From Escherichia phage CLB_P2: DNA of 64,000 bases. Shown one piece after another: positions 49,936 to 59,888 of the stretch (positions are counted from its first letter, which is position 1; each line of letters begins with the position of its first letter). The stretch lies in sequence record OL770107; one strand, 5' to 3'. The notes under the pieces are model-generated. The model saw only the letters and a list, made by a program, of their open reading frames with translations, was not told where the DNA came from and made no database searches. The position numbers and the translations under genes were made by a program.

Positions 49936-50027
49936 ATGAAAGACGAACATCCGGATTTTTAAGCTATGAATGACGAATACGAAAAAGTTTAAGAGGTTTT
50001 ATGAATGACGAATTCGACGGATTTTGA
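49936..50027 (+). repeat. three tandem roughly 30-bp units, each an 8-codon mini-ORF
   Basis: ATGAAAGACGAACAT..TAA, ATGAATGACGAATAC..TAA, ATGAATGACGAATTC..TGA at 49936, 49966, 50001. Confidence 0.5.
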
Positions 50028-50178
50028 TAAGATTAAATCTGACAAAAATGAGATGATACTTAAATTTGAAGCCGCTCGTATTAAAGCGGAAAAAGAAGGT
50101 ACTATTACTCATAAGAAAATCAAGTTCACGTCTAATCGCGAACCTCTGTATGGTGTATTAGTTGGTAAAGGAGCTTAG
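50005..50178 (+). CDS. small hypothetical protein (57 aa)
   Basis: ORF below track cutoff, ends in terminator hairpin. Confidence 0.3.
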   Translation: MTNSTDFDKIKSDKNEMILKFEAARIKAEKEGTITHKKIKFTSNREPLYGVLVGKGA

Positions 50179-50191
50179 GCTCCTTTTTTTG
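50168..50191 (+). terminator. rho-independent terminator
   Basis: Hairpin ggagc-ttag-gctcc followed by TTTTTTT. Confidence 0.65.
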
Positions 50192-50215
50192 CTTTATTCA
50201 TGGCGGAGTATAATA
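50190..50215 (+). promoter_or_regulatory. MotA-dependent middle promoter
   Basis: TGCTTTA, exactly 12-nt spacer, TATAAT. Confidence 0.55.
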
Positions 50216-50235
50216 GTCTAAACTGAGGAGAACAT

Positions 50236-50379
50236 ATGGAATTATTTTTAGGATATGTCGTGTTATTCATGGCATTCTACACATTCACAAGAGCTTGTTG
50301 GATAGGATTCTTTTCCACTCCTGACGGGTTCATTTCAATAATTTTATTTTGCACTGCGATAACGGCGCTTGGCTTATGA
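50236..50379 (+). CDS. small membrane protein (47 aa)
   Basis: Hydrophobic ORF with SD GAGGAG; stop overlaps gene 47 ATG (ATGA). Confidence 0.35.
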   Translation: MELFLGYVVLFMAFYTFTRACWIGFFSTPDGFISIILFCTAITALGL

Positions 50380-51398
50380 AAATATTAAACACAGGTGACT
50401 GGCACCTTGGAGTTAAGGCCGATGATGTATGGGTACAGAATATCCAACGTCAAGGTATCCAAGACGCTATCAATTATTCTAAAGCAAATGGCATTACTGT
50501 ATGGATTCAATACGGTGATATCTTTGACGTTCGTAAAGCAATTACCCATAAGTGTATGGAATTCGCTCGCGAAATCTCTGATTTGCTTAAAGCTAACGGC
50601 ATTACCATGTATACCGTTGTTGGTAATCATGATATGCACTACAAAAATACCTTGACTCCTAACGCTGCTTCTGAAGTTCTCGGCAAATACGACCATATCA
50701 AGGTTATTGAAAAACCTACTACGGTTAACTTTGATGGCACCGAAATTGATTTGATTCCATGGATGTGTGAAGAAAACACAACTGATATCATGGACCATAT
50801 CAAAAATACAACGGCAGATTTCTGTATTGGCCATTGGGAATTAAATGGTTTCTATTTCTATAAAGGAATGAAATCTCATGGTTTAGAACCTGATTTCCTT
50901 AAAAAGTATAAGCAAGTTTGGTCAGGCCACTTCCACACTATTTCTGATGCAGCAAACGTTAAGTACATTGGTACTCCATGGACCCTTACTGCAGGTGATG
51001 AGAACGACCCTCGTGGTTTCTGGATTTTCGATACCGAAACTCATAAAATGGATTTCATCATTAATGAAACCTGTTGGCATCGTAAGATTCATTATCCTAA
51101 CGCGACTATCGATTACAAAGATTTTACAAATATCGCAGTTCGTGTTATAGTCGATAAAATTGATGACGGCCTTACTAAGTTCGAATCAGAGCTTGAAAAG
51201 GTTGTTCACTCTTTACGTATTGTGTCTAAGGTAGATAATAGTGTTGATACCGATGATTCTGAAGAGGAAGACGAAGTTAAATCCCTCTTGGATATGATGT
51301 ATGATTATATCGATGCCCTGCCTGATGGCCACACTGAAGCCGATGTTAAGGCCCTCAAAACTATGGCTGCACAACTTTATAATGAGGTTACACGATGA
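50376..51398 (+). CDS. 47: recombination endonuclease subunit gp47 (Mre11-like)
   Basis: 340 aa; N-terminal MKILNTGDWHLG phosphoesterase motif; GNHD motif. Confidence 0.85.
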   Translation: MKILNTGDWHLGVKADDVWVQNIQRQGIQDAINYSKANGITVWIQYGDIFDVRKAITHKCMEFAREISDLLKANGITMYTVVGNHDMHYKNTLTPNAASEVLGKYDHIKVIEKPTTVNFDGTEIDLIPWMCEENTTDIMDHIKNTTADFCIGHWELNGFYFYKGMKSHGLEPDFLKKYKQVWSGHFHTISDAANVKYIGTPWTLTAGDENDPRGFWIFDTETHKMDFIINETCWHRKIHYPNATIDYKDFTNIAVRVIVDKIDDGLTKFESELEKVVHSLRIVSKVDNSVDTDDSEEEDEVKSLLDMMYDYIDALPDGHTEADVKALKTMAAQLYNEVTR

Positions 51399-51658
51399 CT
51401 TTAGATGAATTCAAAAAATCAGGACTTGAACTGGAACACGACTGTATAGTTATTGATGATGATGGTCAACCTAGTACAATTAAGTTCTGGTTTGAAGCTG
51501 TGAGCAATCGTGATACCGACGAGCTTATTAAAGTTTATGTTGCTACCGATTGGGCTGTGGAATTTAGCTTTAATGTAATGGTAGACGATACTCCAGAAAC
51601 ATTAATTCATATGGCTGAATCATGCATCAAGGATGCTTATAATGATGAAAATGTATAA
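51395..51658 (+). CDS. hypothetical protein (46.1-like position)
   Basis: 87 aa ORF between 47 and 46. Confidence 0.4.
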   Translation: MTLDEFKKSGLELEHDCIVIDDDGQPSTIKFWFEAVSNRDTDELIKVYVATDWAVEFSFNVMVDDTPETLIHMAESCIKDAYNDENV

Positions 51659-51857
51659 ACATGATTTTCATATTGGCGATGGCTGGTTCGGTAATGTAGA
51701 ATGGGACGTGGATGGTTCTTGGTATACCGGAACTATGTATGTCACTTCTGAATATTCTGAAGGTGTTTCATGGGCCATGGAACTTGACGACGTGTTTGCT
51801 TCTTCCGAAGAAATGCTAGAATATGCTGAACAAACAATTCGTGAGAACAATACATGA
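51633..51857 (+). CDS. hypothetical protein (46.2-like position)
   Basis: 74 aa ORF between 47 and 46. Confidence 0.35.
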   Translation: MLIMMKMYKHDFHIGDGWFGNVEWDVDGSWYTGTMYVTSEYSEGVSWAMELDDVFASSEEMLEYAEQTIRENNT

Positions 51858-53536
51858 AAACGTTTAAGTTAAAGAAAGTAACGTATAAAAATATTATGTC
51901 GGTAGGCCAGCAGCCTATTACAATCCAACTTGATAAGGTCCAAAAGACCTTAGTCACTGGTAAAAATGGTGCAGGGAAATCAACATTCCTTGAAGCTGTA
52001 ACATTTGCTCTGTTTGGTAAGCCTTTTCGTGATGTTAAGAAAGGGCAGTTGATTAACTCAAGTAACAAGAAAGACCTTTTGGTCGAACTGTGGATGGAAT
52101 ATGATGGCAAAGAATACTATATCAAACGCGGGCAAAAACCCAACATTTTTGAAATCTCTTGTGACGGTGAACGTCTTGATGAATCTGCCAGCAGTAAAGA
52201 CTTCCAAGCGGAATTTGAACAGCTTATCGGAATGTCCTATGCAAGCTTCAAACAAATTGTCGTACTCGGCACAGCTGGATATACCCCTTTTATGGGCCTA
52301 TCCACTCCTGCAAGAAGAAAACTCGTCGAAGACCTCTTAGAGGTTTCTGTATTAGCGGATATGGATAAGTTGAACAAATCTTTGATTCGTGAGACTAATA
52401 GCCAAATCCAAGTAATAGATGTTAAGCAAGATTCTATTACCCAACAAATTAAAATTTATAACGACAACGAAGAACGTCAACGTAAATTATCCGGCGAGAA
52501 CGCTGCCCGTCTACAATTAATGTATGATGAGCTCGTTAAAGAAGCCAGGACTGCGAAGGCGAGCATAGAATCCCTGACTGATGAATTACTCAATGTTATC
52601 GTAGATGATGACCCTAGCGACTCCATGAGTGACCTGAGTAATAAAGGATTTGCAATCAAAAATGATATGGCAACCTTTACAAAGGTAGTTAAGTTATACG
52701 AAACCGGCGGCCATTGTCCTACGTGTATGCAAGGGTTGGAAGAGCATGGTAATATCCTTACTAAAATTAAGGATAAAAACTTTGAGCTTCAAAAATCTTT
52801 GGATAAGATTAATGAGCAATACCAAGAGCTCAAGCTTATTAAAGACCAAGTAGCAGAACAACGCAATAAAGCGTTGGCTATTAAATCTCAGATAGCTACT
52901 CATAAACAGCAAGCCATTACTGCTGTAGAGAAAGCTAAAAAGGTTAAGGTATTAATTGAGCAGGCAGCAGCTGAGTTCGTAAGTAATGCCGAAGAGATTG
53001 CTGCGCTTCAAGCAGAGCTTGATAAAATCGTCTCTACCAAATCGTCCTTGGTAATGGAAAAATATCATCGTGGAATTCTGACAGAAATGTTGAAGGATAC
53101 TGGTATTAAAGGTTCCATTATTAAGAAATACATTCCTATCTTTAATAAGCAGATTAATTCTTATTTGAAGATTATGGAAGCGGACTACGTCTTTACTCTA
53201 GACGAAGAATTCAATGAGACGATTAAATCACGTGGACGTGAAGACTTTAGTTATGCTTCATTTTCACAGGGTGAGAAAGCACGTATTGATATCGCACTTC
53301 TTTTTACATGGCGTGATATTGCTTCTAGGGTATCAGGTGTTAATATATCCACACTGATTCTTGATGAGGTATTTGACAGTGCAACTGACGCTGAAGGCGT
53401 TAAGAGCATTGCAACCATCTTGAATAGCCTTGAGGATACGAACGTGTTCATTATCTCTCACCGAGACCATGACCCACAAGCTTATGGCCAACATCTCCAA
53501 ATGAAGAAAGTTGGACGATTCACGGTGATGGAATGA
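51854..53536 (+). CDS. 46: recombination endonuclease subunit gp46 (Rad50/SbcC-like)
   Basis: 560 aa; Walker A GKNGAGKST, central coiled coil with CPTC zinc hook, C-terminal signature/Walker B LILDEVFD. Confidence 0.85.
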   Translation: MKTFKLKKVTYKNIMSVGQQPITIQLDKVQKTLVTGKNGAGKSTFLEAVTFALFGKPFRDVKKGQLINSSNKKDLLVELWMEYDGKEYYIKRGQKPNIFEISCDGERLDESASSKDFQAEFEQLIGMSYASFKQIVVLGTAGYTPFMGLSTPARRKLVEDLLEVSVLADMDKLNKSLIRETNSQIQVIDVKQDSITQQIKIYNDNEERQRKLSGENAARLQLMYDELVKEARTAKASIESLTDELLNVIVDDDPSDSMSDLSNKGFAIKNDMATFTKVVKLYETGGHCPTCMQGLEEHGNILTKIKDKNFELQKSLDKINEQYQELKLIKDQVAEQRNKALAIKSQIATHKQQAITAVEKAKKVKVLIEQAAAEFVSNAEEIAALQAELDKIVSTKSSLVMEKYHRGILTEMLKDTGIKGSIIKKYIPIFNKQINSYLKIMEADYVFTLDEEFNETIKSRGREDFSYASFSQGEKARIDIALLFTWRDIASRVSGVNISTLILDEVFDSATDAEGVKSIATILNSLEDTNVFIISHRDHDPQAYGQHLQMKKVGRFTVME

Positions 53537-53724
53537 GTGATTTTATAACAGGCCAGCATTTGTTGGCCGTTCCGGAAATAAAGAGATATGTTTTAGTTAA
53601 CAACTTCTCTGGAGACGAACATCTTGTTACTGAAGATTATCTCCAAAATGCTTTTAAGTCAGAATATGATAAAATCATGTCAAATAGAAATCCAGCATGG
53701 TTTGTCTACGAGTACTTTGATTAA
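53533..53724 (+). CDS. hypothetical protein
   Basis: 63 aa ORF. Confidence 0.4.
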   Translation: MSDFITGQHLLAVPEIKRYVLVNNFSGDEHLVTEDYLQNAFKSEYDKIMSNRNPAWFVYEYFD

Positions 53725-53726
53725 AT

Positions 53727-53751
53727 TGCTTTAAAATATTGATTTATAATA
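53727..53751 (+). promoter_or_regulatory. MotA-dependent middle promoter
   Basis: TGCTTTA, 11-nt spacer, TATAAT. Confidence 0.5.
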
Positions 53752-53765
53752 CATTTACCAACCAA

Positions 53766-54200
53766 ATGAGAGAAAATATTATGTTTGCTACTTCTAATGG
53801 CGTTACAGTTAAAGATATCCAAGTTAAAACCATCCGTACTGATTCCAACCCGCATAATCAGAACCGTATCCGTAAATCATGGGTGCTGAATATTGATACC
53901 AACTCTGCCCGTCGACTGCAGTCTCTTCCACAAGAAACTAAGTTCATGCTCTACGGTATTATTGATAACGACGTATCTGATAAGTGGGTAGAAATCATGC
54001 GTCGCCATTATAATGATTCACTGGCCGCAGGTGCTAAACTTGTTATCGACCGCGACGGTTCTGAACGTTTAGAAGATGATTATTGCGTCGACCCTGATGA
54101 GCAGTTGCTTGAAGCCGGTGCTATGGTTGCTTCCCAGATTCCAGAGTATATTGAATCTCTGCCTGAATCAATCCGTAAACAAATGATCGTAATTGCTTAA
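53766..54200 (+). CDS. RpbA-like protein (by position between 46 and 45)
   Basis: Start placed downstream of the promoter; assignment by synteny only. Confidence 0.35.
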   Translation: MRENIMFATSNGVTVKDIQVKTIRTDSNPHNQNRIRKSWVLNIDTNSARRLQSLPQETKFMLYGIIDNDVSDKWVEIMRRHYNDSLAAGAKLVIDRDGSERLEDDYCVDPDEQLLEAGAMVASQIPEYIESLPESIRKQMIVIA

Positions 54201-54222
54201 TTTGACTTGATAAGGAAACATT

Positions 54223-54921
54223 ATGAAATTCTCTAAAGAAACCCTGAACATTCTTAAAAACTTCTCTGGTATTAACCCAGGCATTATGCTTAAACCAGGT
54301 AACACCATTCTGACCCGATCTGTTACCGGTGCAAGTTATGGTGAAGCTACTGTAAGTGATACCTTCGATATCGAAGCAGCAATCTATGATTTGAATGGCT
54401 TCTTAAGTATTCTGTCTTTGGTATCAGAAAGTGCTGAAGTTTCGGTAAGTGAAGACCAAACCACATTAATTATTAAAGACCAACGTTCAACAATTAAGTG
54501 GCCTATTGCTGACCCAAGCACAATCGCATTCCCAAGTAAAGCTATCCCGTTCCCTGTGGCTGAAGTTATTTTCGACCTGAAAGCCGAAGATTATCAACAG
54601 TTGATGCGTGTGTCCTCTGGTCTGAGTATTGATACATTTGCAATCACTGTAGACGATGGTAAAATTGTTATCAACGGTTATAAACAAGTCGACGATAAAG
54701 AATTAACTCGTCCACTGTATTCTTTGGTAGTAGCCGATCATGACGGTCCTGACTTTAAGTTCATCATTAACAAAACCAATATGAAAATGATGCCAGCCGA
54801 TTATCATGTATTGCTATGGGCTCGTGGTGAAGGTCAGGATGCTCGATTTGCAGCTAAGTTTGAAGGTACACAAGCTTCTTATGTATTAGCTATGGAAGCA
54901 GGCTCAAGCCACTCGTTCTAA
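54223..54921 (+). CDS. 45: sliding clamp gp45
   Basis: 232 aa; LKNF..IN.GIMLK, AIYDLNGFL, IAITV..GKIVINGF match T4 gp45. Confidence 0.9.
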   Translation: MKFSKETLNILKNFSGINPGIMLKPGNTILTRSVTGASYGEATVSDTFDIEAAIYDLNGFLSILSLVSESAEVSVSEDQTTLIIKDQRSTIKWPIADPSTIAFPSKAIPFPVAEVIFDLKAEDYQQLMRVSSGLSIDTFAITVDDGKIVINGYKQVDDKELTRPLYSLVVADHDGPDFKFIINKTNMKMMPADYHVLLWARGEGQDARFAAKFEGTQASYVLAMEAGSSHSF

Positions 54922-54982
54922 AGCATAGGGAGGAATTTCCTCCCTTGGAGTATAATGTAAAAACAAACCTGAGGAAATTAAT

Positions 54983-55942
54983 ATGCTTACAGTAAATAAT
55001 AATGAATTCATGTGGGAACAGAAATATCGTCCAGGTACTTTATCTGAATGTATTCTGCCTGCTCATGATAAAGAAACTCTCCAAGCCATTGTTAATAAGG
55101 GCCTAATCCCTAACATTATCCTAGTCTCTGCTTCACCAGGCACAGGTAAAACTACCGTGGCTAAAGCATTGTGTGCTGATACAAATTCAGACATGTTGTT
55201 TGTTAACGGTTCCGACTGTCGTATTGATTTCGTTCGTAACGAACTTACTCGTTTTGCATCTTCTAAATCTATCGAAGGTAAACGTAAGGTAATTGTTATT
55301 GACGAATTCGACCGTGCTGGTGTTGCTGAAGCTCAACGCCACCTTCGTTCATTCTTAGAGGCCTATTCCTCAAACTGTTCTGTAATTATTACAGCAAACA
55401 ATATTGACGGTATTATCGGTCCACTTCAATCTCGTTGTCGCGTAATTAAATTTGGTGAAGCCACTCCAGCTGACCAAACAACCATGATGAAAGAAATGAT
55501 TCATCGTGCAGTAGCAATTTGTAAAAACGAAAATATCGAAGTCGAAGACCTTAAAGTTATTGCTGCTTTAGTTAAACAAAACTTCCCTGACTTCCGTAAA
55601 ACAGTTAACCAACTAGACCGTTATTCCTCAAGTGGTAAAATCGATACAGGCATTTTGAGTATTGTAATGAATACCAATTCGCCTATTGATGAAGTAGTGG
55701 CTGCACTGAAAGATAAAAACTTTAAAGAACTCCGTGCATTAGCTCCACGTCATGTCAATGATTATACCAACTTTATTATGACATTGGCTAACGAACTCTA
55801 TGGTAAATTGCCTGGGCCAAGCATTGTTAGAATGTATGAAATCGTCGGTGAAAATAACCAATACCATGGTATTGCTGCTAACCCAGAAATTCACCTGACA
55901 TATCTGTTTATCCAACTTGCTCTGGAGCTCCAATGGCTATAA
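54983..55942 (+). CDS. 44: clamp loader large subunit gp44
   Basis: 319 aa; EQKYRP, SPGTGKTT Walker A, VIVIDEFDR, ITANNIDGII, C-terminal EIVGENNQYHGIAAN match T4 gp44. Confidence 0.9.
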   Translation: MLTVNNNEFMWEQKYRPGTLSECILPAHDKETLQAIVNKGLIPNIILVSASPGTGKTTVAKALCADTNSDMLFVNGSDCRIDFVRNELTRFASSKSIEGKRKVIVIDEFDRAGVAEAQRHLRSFLEAYSSNCSVIITANNIDGIIGPLQSRCRVIKFGEATPADQTTMMKEMIHRAVAICKNENIEVEDLKVIAALVKQNFPDFRKTVNQLDRYSSSGKIDTGILSIVMNTNSPIDEVVAALKDKNFKELRALAPRHVNDYTNFIMTLANELYGKLPGPSIVRMYEIVGENNQYHGIAANPEIHLTYLFIQLALELQWL

Positions 55943-56505
55943 GTCTTTTTGATGATGACGTTGAACTGAATGAACATGAAGTTGCTTGGAAACAACGTAA
56001 CGACGCTGCTATTCAAGCCTTGGCCGATTCATTTAAAGAAAAGGCTGAAAACGAATTGTTTGCCATTATGAACGATATCACATACGGTAAAAAACAACGT
56101 AACCTGGCTCAATCAGAAAACTATAATCAATTTTGGATAGATAATAGTTTGAGCCAACACGTAGATTGCATTATGCAAGCCGCGATGGTTAACTGTCTTA
56201 AACTTGACGACCAAAGTCACTTCAACTATCTTTTACATGCTGTTCCTAAGGGTAAGAGATTTGGTAAATGGGCTAAGGCCCATGATGATGAAGTTAGTGT
56301 AGTTTTTATTACTCGTTTATTGATGAAATACCATTCAATTAATAATGATGACGCTTATCGTTATCTCGAGACTTATAAAATTAAAGGCCATCTTCCGGCA
56401 ATGCTTAAGAAGATGAAAGGGTTGGTTACGGACGAGTTCCTGAAATCCGTAACTAAAAATGTGAAAGAACAAAAAGACTTGAAAAAGAAAGCATTGGAAT
56501 GGTAA
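55933..56505 (+). CDS. 62: clamp loader small subunit gp62
   Basis: 190 aa; position between 44 and regA; ATGA-type coupling. Confidence 0.8.
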   Translation: MAISLFDDDVELNEHEVAWKQRNDAAIQALADSFKEKAENELFAIMNDITYGKKQRNLAQSENYNQFWIDNSLSQHVDCIMQAAMVNCLKLDDQSHFNYLLHAVPKGKRFGKWAKAHDDEVSVVFITRLLMKYHSINNDDAYRYLETYKIKGHLPAMLKKMKGLVTDEFLKSVTKNVKEQKDLKKKALEW

Positions 56506-56511
56506 ATTAAA

Positions 56512-56874
56512 ATGATTGAAATTACTCTGAAACAACCTGAAGACTTCCTAAAAGTGAAAGAGACCCTGACTCGTATGGGTATCGCTAATAATAAAGAAAA
56601 GAAACTATATCAATCCTGCCACATTTTGCAAAAGCAAGGACGGTATTATATTGTCCACTTTAAAGAGATGTTGCGTATGGACGGCCGCCAGGTAGATATC
56701 GATGGTGAAGACTATCAACGCCGCGATTCTATAGCCCAGCTTCTTAAGGATTGGGGACTTATTGATATTGTAGACGATTCTGAATTGTTCGAAATTACTA
56801 ATAATTTCCGTGTCATTTCCTTTAAACAGAAAAATGACTGGGAACTATTGTCTAAGTATACCATTGGTAATTAA
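56512..56874 (+). CDS. regA: translational repressor RegA
   Basis: 120 aa; MIEITLK.PEDFLKVKETLTRMGIANNK ... NNFRVISFKQK match T4 RegA. Confidence 0.9.
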   Translation: MIEITLKQPEDFLKVKETLTRMGIANNKEKKLYQSCHILQKQGRYYIVHFKEMLRMDGRQVDIDGEDYQRRDSIAQLLKDWGLIDIVDDSELFEITNNFRVISFKQKNDWELLSKYTIGN

Positions 56875-56875
56875 T

Positions 56876-57091
56876 ATGATTCTTGAAATTGAAATGTGTG
56901 AACGTCTTAAAGAGGTGTACGGGCTTTCACCAACTCAAACTGTTTTTGACCTTTCCGAAGAGCTCCAAATAGAATTTCAAAAGGACCTCCATAAGTTACT
57001 ACATCCAGGTCAGCAAGTCTTCCAGGCTATGGTTAGAACTAAAGGCGAAGATGGCAATCCGATTATTAAACGTTTGACAATAGAAATTTAA
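56876..57091 (+). CDS. hypothetical protein between regA and 43
   Basis: 71 aa ORF starting 1 nt after regA stop. Confidence 0.35.
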   Translation: MILEIEMCERLKEVYGLSPTQTVFDLSEELQIEFQKDLHKLLHPGQQVFQAMVRTKGEDGNPIIKRLTIEI

Positions 57092-57094
57092 GCA

Positions 57095-57117
57095 AAGGGA
57101 CTTCGGTCCCTTTTTTG
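57095..57117 (+). terminator. rho-independent terminator
   Basis: Hairpin gggac-ttcg-gtccc followed by TTTTTT. Confidence 0.65.
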
Positions 57118-57174
57118 GAGTATAATTATTCATCAACAAACAAAAGACAATCACTCGTCTATAAAGGAAATGAA

Positions 57175-59886
57175 ATGCAAGAATTCTATTTGACAGTCGA
57201 ACAAATCGGTGATAATATTCTCGAACGTTACATCGATAAAAATGGTAACGAACGTAGTCGTGAAGTTCCTTACAAGCCTACAATGTTTATGCATGCTAAC
57301 CCAGAGCAAGCCGTAAAATATATTGACATCTACGGTAAGGGCTGTGTTAAGAAAGAATTCAATTCAATGCGCGATGCTTCTCAGTGGATGAAGCGCATGG
57401 ACGATATGGGTCTCGAAGCCCTTGGTATGGATGACTATAAATTAGCCTATTTGTCTGATACCTATCGTAAAGAAATCAAGTATGATTCTTCTAAGATTCG
57501 TATTGCTAACTTCGACATCGAGGTAACATCTCCTGATGGATTCCCTGAACCTGCCCAGGCTAAACATCCTATCGATGCCATTACTCACTACGACTCGATT
57601 GATGATAAATTCTATGTATTCGACCTTTTAGTTTCACCTTATGGTACGGTCGAAGAGTGGTCGATTAAAATCGCTGAGAAACTCCAAGACGAAGGTGGTG
57701 ACGAAGTTCCACAGGAAATCATTGACAAAATCGTTTATCTTCCGTTTAATTCTGAAGAAGAAATGATGCTTGAGTATCTTAATTTCTGGCAACAGAAAAC
57801 TCCTGTGATTTTGACTGGATGGAACGTTGAATCATTTGACGTGCCATACGTTTATAACCGTCTGAAAAATCTGTTTGGTGAGAACACTGCTAAGCGATTA
57901 AGCCCGCATCGTAAGACTCGTGTTAAAGTTATCGAGAACATGTACGGCGCTCGCGAAATTATTACACTGTTCGGTATCTCTGTTCTGGATTATATCGACC
58001 TTTATAAAAAATTCAGCTTTACCAACCAGCCTTCTTATTCTCTGGATTATGTTTCTGAATATGAATTGAAAGTAGGTAAGTTGAAATATGATGGCCCTAT
58101 CTCCAAGTTACGTGAGACGAACCACCAACGATATATTTCCTATAACATTATCGACGTATATCGTGTTGTGCAGATTGATATGAAACGCCAGTTCATTCTT
58201 CTTAGTCTGGACATGGGTTACTATGCCAAGATGCAGATTCAGTCGGTGTTCAGTCCAATTAAGACTTGGGACGCCATTATTTTTAATAGCCTTAAAGAAC
58301 AGGGTAAAGTTATTCCTCAGGCCAAATCGCATGCGGTTCAACCTTATCCGGGTGCTTTCGTTAAGGAACCTATTCCTAACGCGTACAAATATGTAATGAG
58401 TTTCGACCTTACATCTCTGTACCCGAGTATCATTCGACAAGTGAATATAAGCCCAGAGACCATCGCAGGCACATTCGCCAACGCACCGATACATGAATAT
58501 ATTGCCGGAACTGCTCCGCGTCCTAGCGACACCTACAGTTGCTCTCCTAACGGCATGATGTACTATAAAGACCGTGATGGTGTGATTCCTACAGAAATCA
58601 CGAAGGTGTTCTTACAACGTAAAGAACATAAAGGTTATATGCTTGCAGCTCAACGTAATGGTGAGTTAATTAAAGAAGCATTAGAAAATCCTAATCTGTC
58701 TGTTGATAGTCCATTGGATGTTGATTATCGTTTCGACTTCTCTGACGAAGTCAAAGCCCAGATTAAAAAATTGTCAGCATCTTCTTTAAAAGAAATGTTG
58801 TTCAAAGCCGAACGTACTGAAGTCGCAGGTATGACTGCTCAGATTAACCGTAAATTGCTTATCAACTCCCTTTATGGTGCACTTGGTAACGTATGGTTCC
58901 GTTACTATGACCTCAGGAACGCAACTGCAATAACATTGTTTGGTCAAATGGCCCTCCAATGGATTGAACGTAAGGTTAACGAATATCTGAATGGCGTATG
59001 TAAGACCGAAAACCAGAAGTTCGTGCTTTATGGTGATACTGACTCCATTTATGTTAAGGCTGATGCAATTATCAATAAAGTAGGCGAAGACAAATTCCGT
59101 GATACCAACCACTGGGTTGACTTCTTAGATAAATTTGCACGTGAACGTATGGAACCAGCTATTGATGCAGGCTTCCGTGAGATGTGTGAATACATGAACA
59201 ATAAACAGCACTTGATGTTCATGGACCGAGAAGCTATCGCTGGTCCTCCACTTGGTTCTAAAGGTCTTGGTGGATTCTGGACAGGCAAGAAACGTTATGC
59301 ACTGAACGTTTGGGACATGGAAGGTACTCGTTATGCCGAACCACACTTGAAAATCATGGGTCTCGAAACCCAGAAATCAAGTACACCTAAAGCGGTTCAG
59401 AAAGCTCTGAAAGAATGTATCCGTCGTATGCTTCAAGAAGGCGAGGCCTCTTTGCAAGAATATTTCAAACAGTTTAATAAGGAATTTAACGAACTAGACT
59501 ATGTAAGCATTGCTGCAGTATCCAGTGCTAACAACATCGAGAAATATAATGAAGGCGGTTTCCCTGGTTCTAAATGTCCGTACCACATCAAAGGTTGCTT
59601 AGCTTACATGCGTGCTTCTGCTGGTGATTTGACTATGCCTCGTATCGTTGATGGTGAAAAGGTATATGTACTACCACTTAAAGAAGGCAACCCGTTCGGT
59701 GAAGCTTGTATGGCATGGCCGTCAGGTATTGAACTTCCGATTCAGATTCGTGACCAAGTCCTCCGTTGGATGGACTACAACGTATTGTTCCAAAAGACCT
59801 TTATCAAACCTCTGACCGGTTTTACTGAGTCTGCTAAAATTGACTACGAGAAAAAAGCAACATTATTTGACATGTTCGACTTTTAA
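57175..59886 (+). CDS. 43: DNA polymerase gp43 (family B)
   Basis: 903 aa from MQEFY; exonuclease motifs (FDIE, YNIIDV), polymerase motifs SLYPSII, KILINSLYGALG, YGDTDS match T4 gp43. Confidence 0.9.
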   Translation: MQEFYLTVEQIGDNILERYIDKNGNERSREVPYKPTMFMHANPEQAVKYIDIYGKGCVKKEFNSMRDASQWMKRMDDMGLEALGMDDYKLAYLSDTYRKEIKYDSSKIRIANFDIEVTSPDGFPEPAQAKHPIDAITHYDSIDDKFYVFDLLVSPYGTVEEWSIKIAEKLQDEGGDEVPQEIIDKIVYLPFNSEEEMMLEYLNFWQQKTPVILTGWNVESFDVPYVYNRLKNLFGENTAKRLSPHRKTRVKVIENMYGAREIITLFGISVLDYIDLYKKFSFTNQPSYSLDYVSEYELKVGKLKYDGPISKLRETNHQRYISYNIIDVYRVVQIDMKRQFILLSLDMGYYAKMQIQSVFSPIKTWDAIIFNSLKEQGKVIPQAKSHAVQPYPGAFVKEPIPNAYKYVMSFDLTSLYPSIIRQVNISPETIAGTFANAPIHEYIAGTAPRPSDTYSCSPNGMMYYKDRDGVIPTEITKVFLQRKEHKGYMLAAQRNGELIKEALENPNLSVDSPLDVDYRFDFSDEVKAQIKKLSASSLKEMLFKAERTEVAGMTAQINRKLLINSLYGALGNVWFRYYDLRNATAITLFGQMALQWIERKVNEYLNGVCKTENQKFVLYGDTDSIYVKADAIINKVGEDKFRDTNHWVDFLDKFARERMEPAIDAGFREMCEYMNNKQHLMFMDREAIAGPPLGSKGLGGFWTGKKRYALNVWDMEGTRYAEPHLKIMGLETQKSSTPKAVQKALKECIRRMLQEGEASLQEYFKQFNKEFNELDYVSIAAVSSANNIEKYNEGGFPGSKCPYHIKGCLAYMRASAGDLTMPRIVDGEKVYVLPLKEGNPFGEACMAWPSGIELPIQIRDQVLRWMDYNVLFQKTFIKPLTGFTESAKIDYEKKATLFDMFDF

Positions 59887-59888
59887 GT

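Noticed and set aside
57175-59886. Intron or intein in DNA polymerase or other core genes
   Set aside because: Gene lengths match the intron-less T4 proteins and the reading frames are continuous.
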